Source of the DNA: an uncultured delta proteobacterium
Lineage (GTDB): Bacteria > Desulfobacterota > Desulfomonilia > UBA1062
Direction of reading: 5' to 3'
Assembly: GCA_963752595.1 (NCBI GenBank)
Contig: CAVVYZ010000006.1
Coordinates: 1-64,000, forward strand
DNA length: 64,000 bases
The notes beneath the pieces were generated by a model, which saw nothing but the letters and a program-made list of their open reading frames with translations, was not told where the DNA came from and searched no databases. Numbering within the stretch: position 1 is the first letter of the stretch; each line of letters opens with the position of its first letter. Position numbers and translations under genes: made by a program. Below, piece by piece: positions 63,845 to 64,000 of this stretch.

Positions 63845-64000
63845 GTCATATCCGGCTATTCGTGCGATCCGTGCTCAGTCTCGGACTTCTTCGGCTGGCC
63901 ATGAGCCTTTGACCGCCGGTGAGACCAGCGTGGGCGGCAATGCCGGCAACGGTGGCGCCAGCCAGTGCAGCACCGAGCGCGTCTATCCTTGCCGTTACAC
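63845..64000 (-). CDS. [NiFe]-hydrogenase small subunit, C-terminal membrane anchor (partial)
   Basis: [22 protein letters not shown] helix with conserved His, directly upstream of large subunit; end approximate. Confidence 0.8.

Overview
The window looks like an anaerobic deltaproteobacterial (Desulfobacterota/Syntrophales-like) chromosome; the taxonomy is inferred from gene content only. Many genes carry single-base frameshifts, probably long-read consensus errors, concentrated at about 0.2-12 kb and 42-64 kb (lon, Hsp20, hypE and punA are intact). 1-38.8 kb is a large, mostly minus-strand exosortase-associated exopolysaccharide locus. It has two exosortase+EpsI pairs, two flippases, a Wzy/O-antigen ligase, GT2/GT4 enzymes, acyltransferases, GNAT/FemAB proteins, two CapK-like ligases, CapA, an ATP-grasp ligase and an AsnB-like protein. 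The locus is interrupted by a truncated IS200 tnpA, a VanZ-fusion gene, two tandem secreted paralogues with sigma54-type promoters, and a DUF559 nuclease gene. That nuclease gene is framed by perfect 39-bp inverted repeats of a BoxC-like family, with 7 copies in the window; this is the best candidate for an under-described mobile/repeat system. 39-41 kb is an internally deleted liv operon, followed by htpX. 42.4-52 kb is a complete polyamine cluster (potABCD, PuuR-like regulator, pyruvoyl arginine decarboxylase, agmatinase, carboxyspermidine dehydrogenase/decarboxylase) plus Trm112 and PNP. 52-64 kb holds lon, Hsp20, hypEFBDCA, a maturation protease and a membrane-bound group 1 [NiFe]-hydrogenase. 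No rRNA, tRNA or CRISPR array was seen. Family calls come from motif recognition by eye, not database searches.
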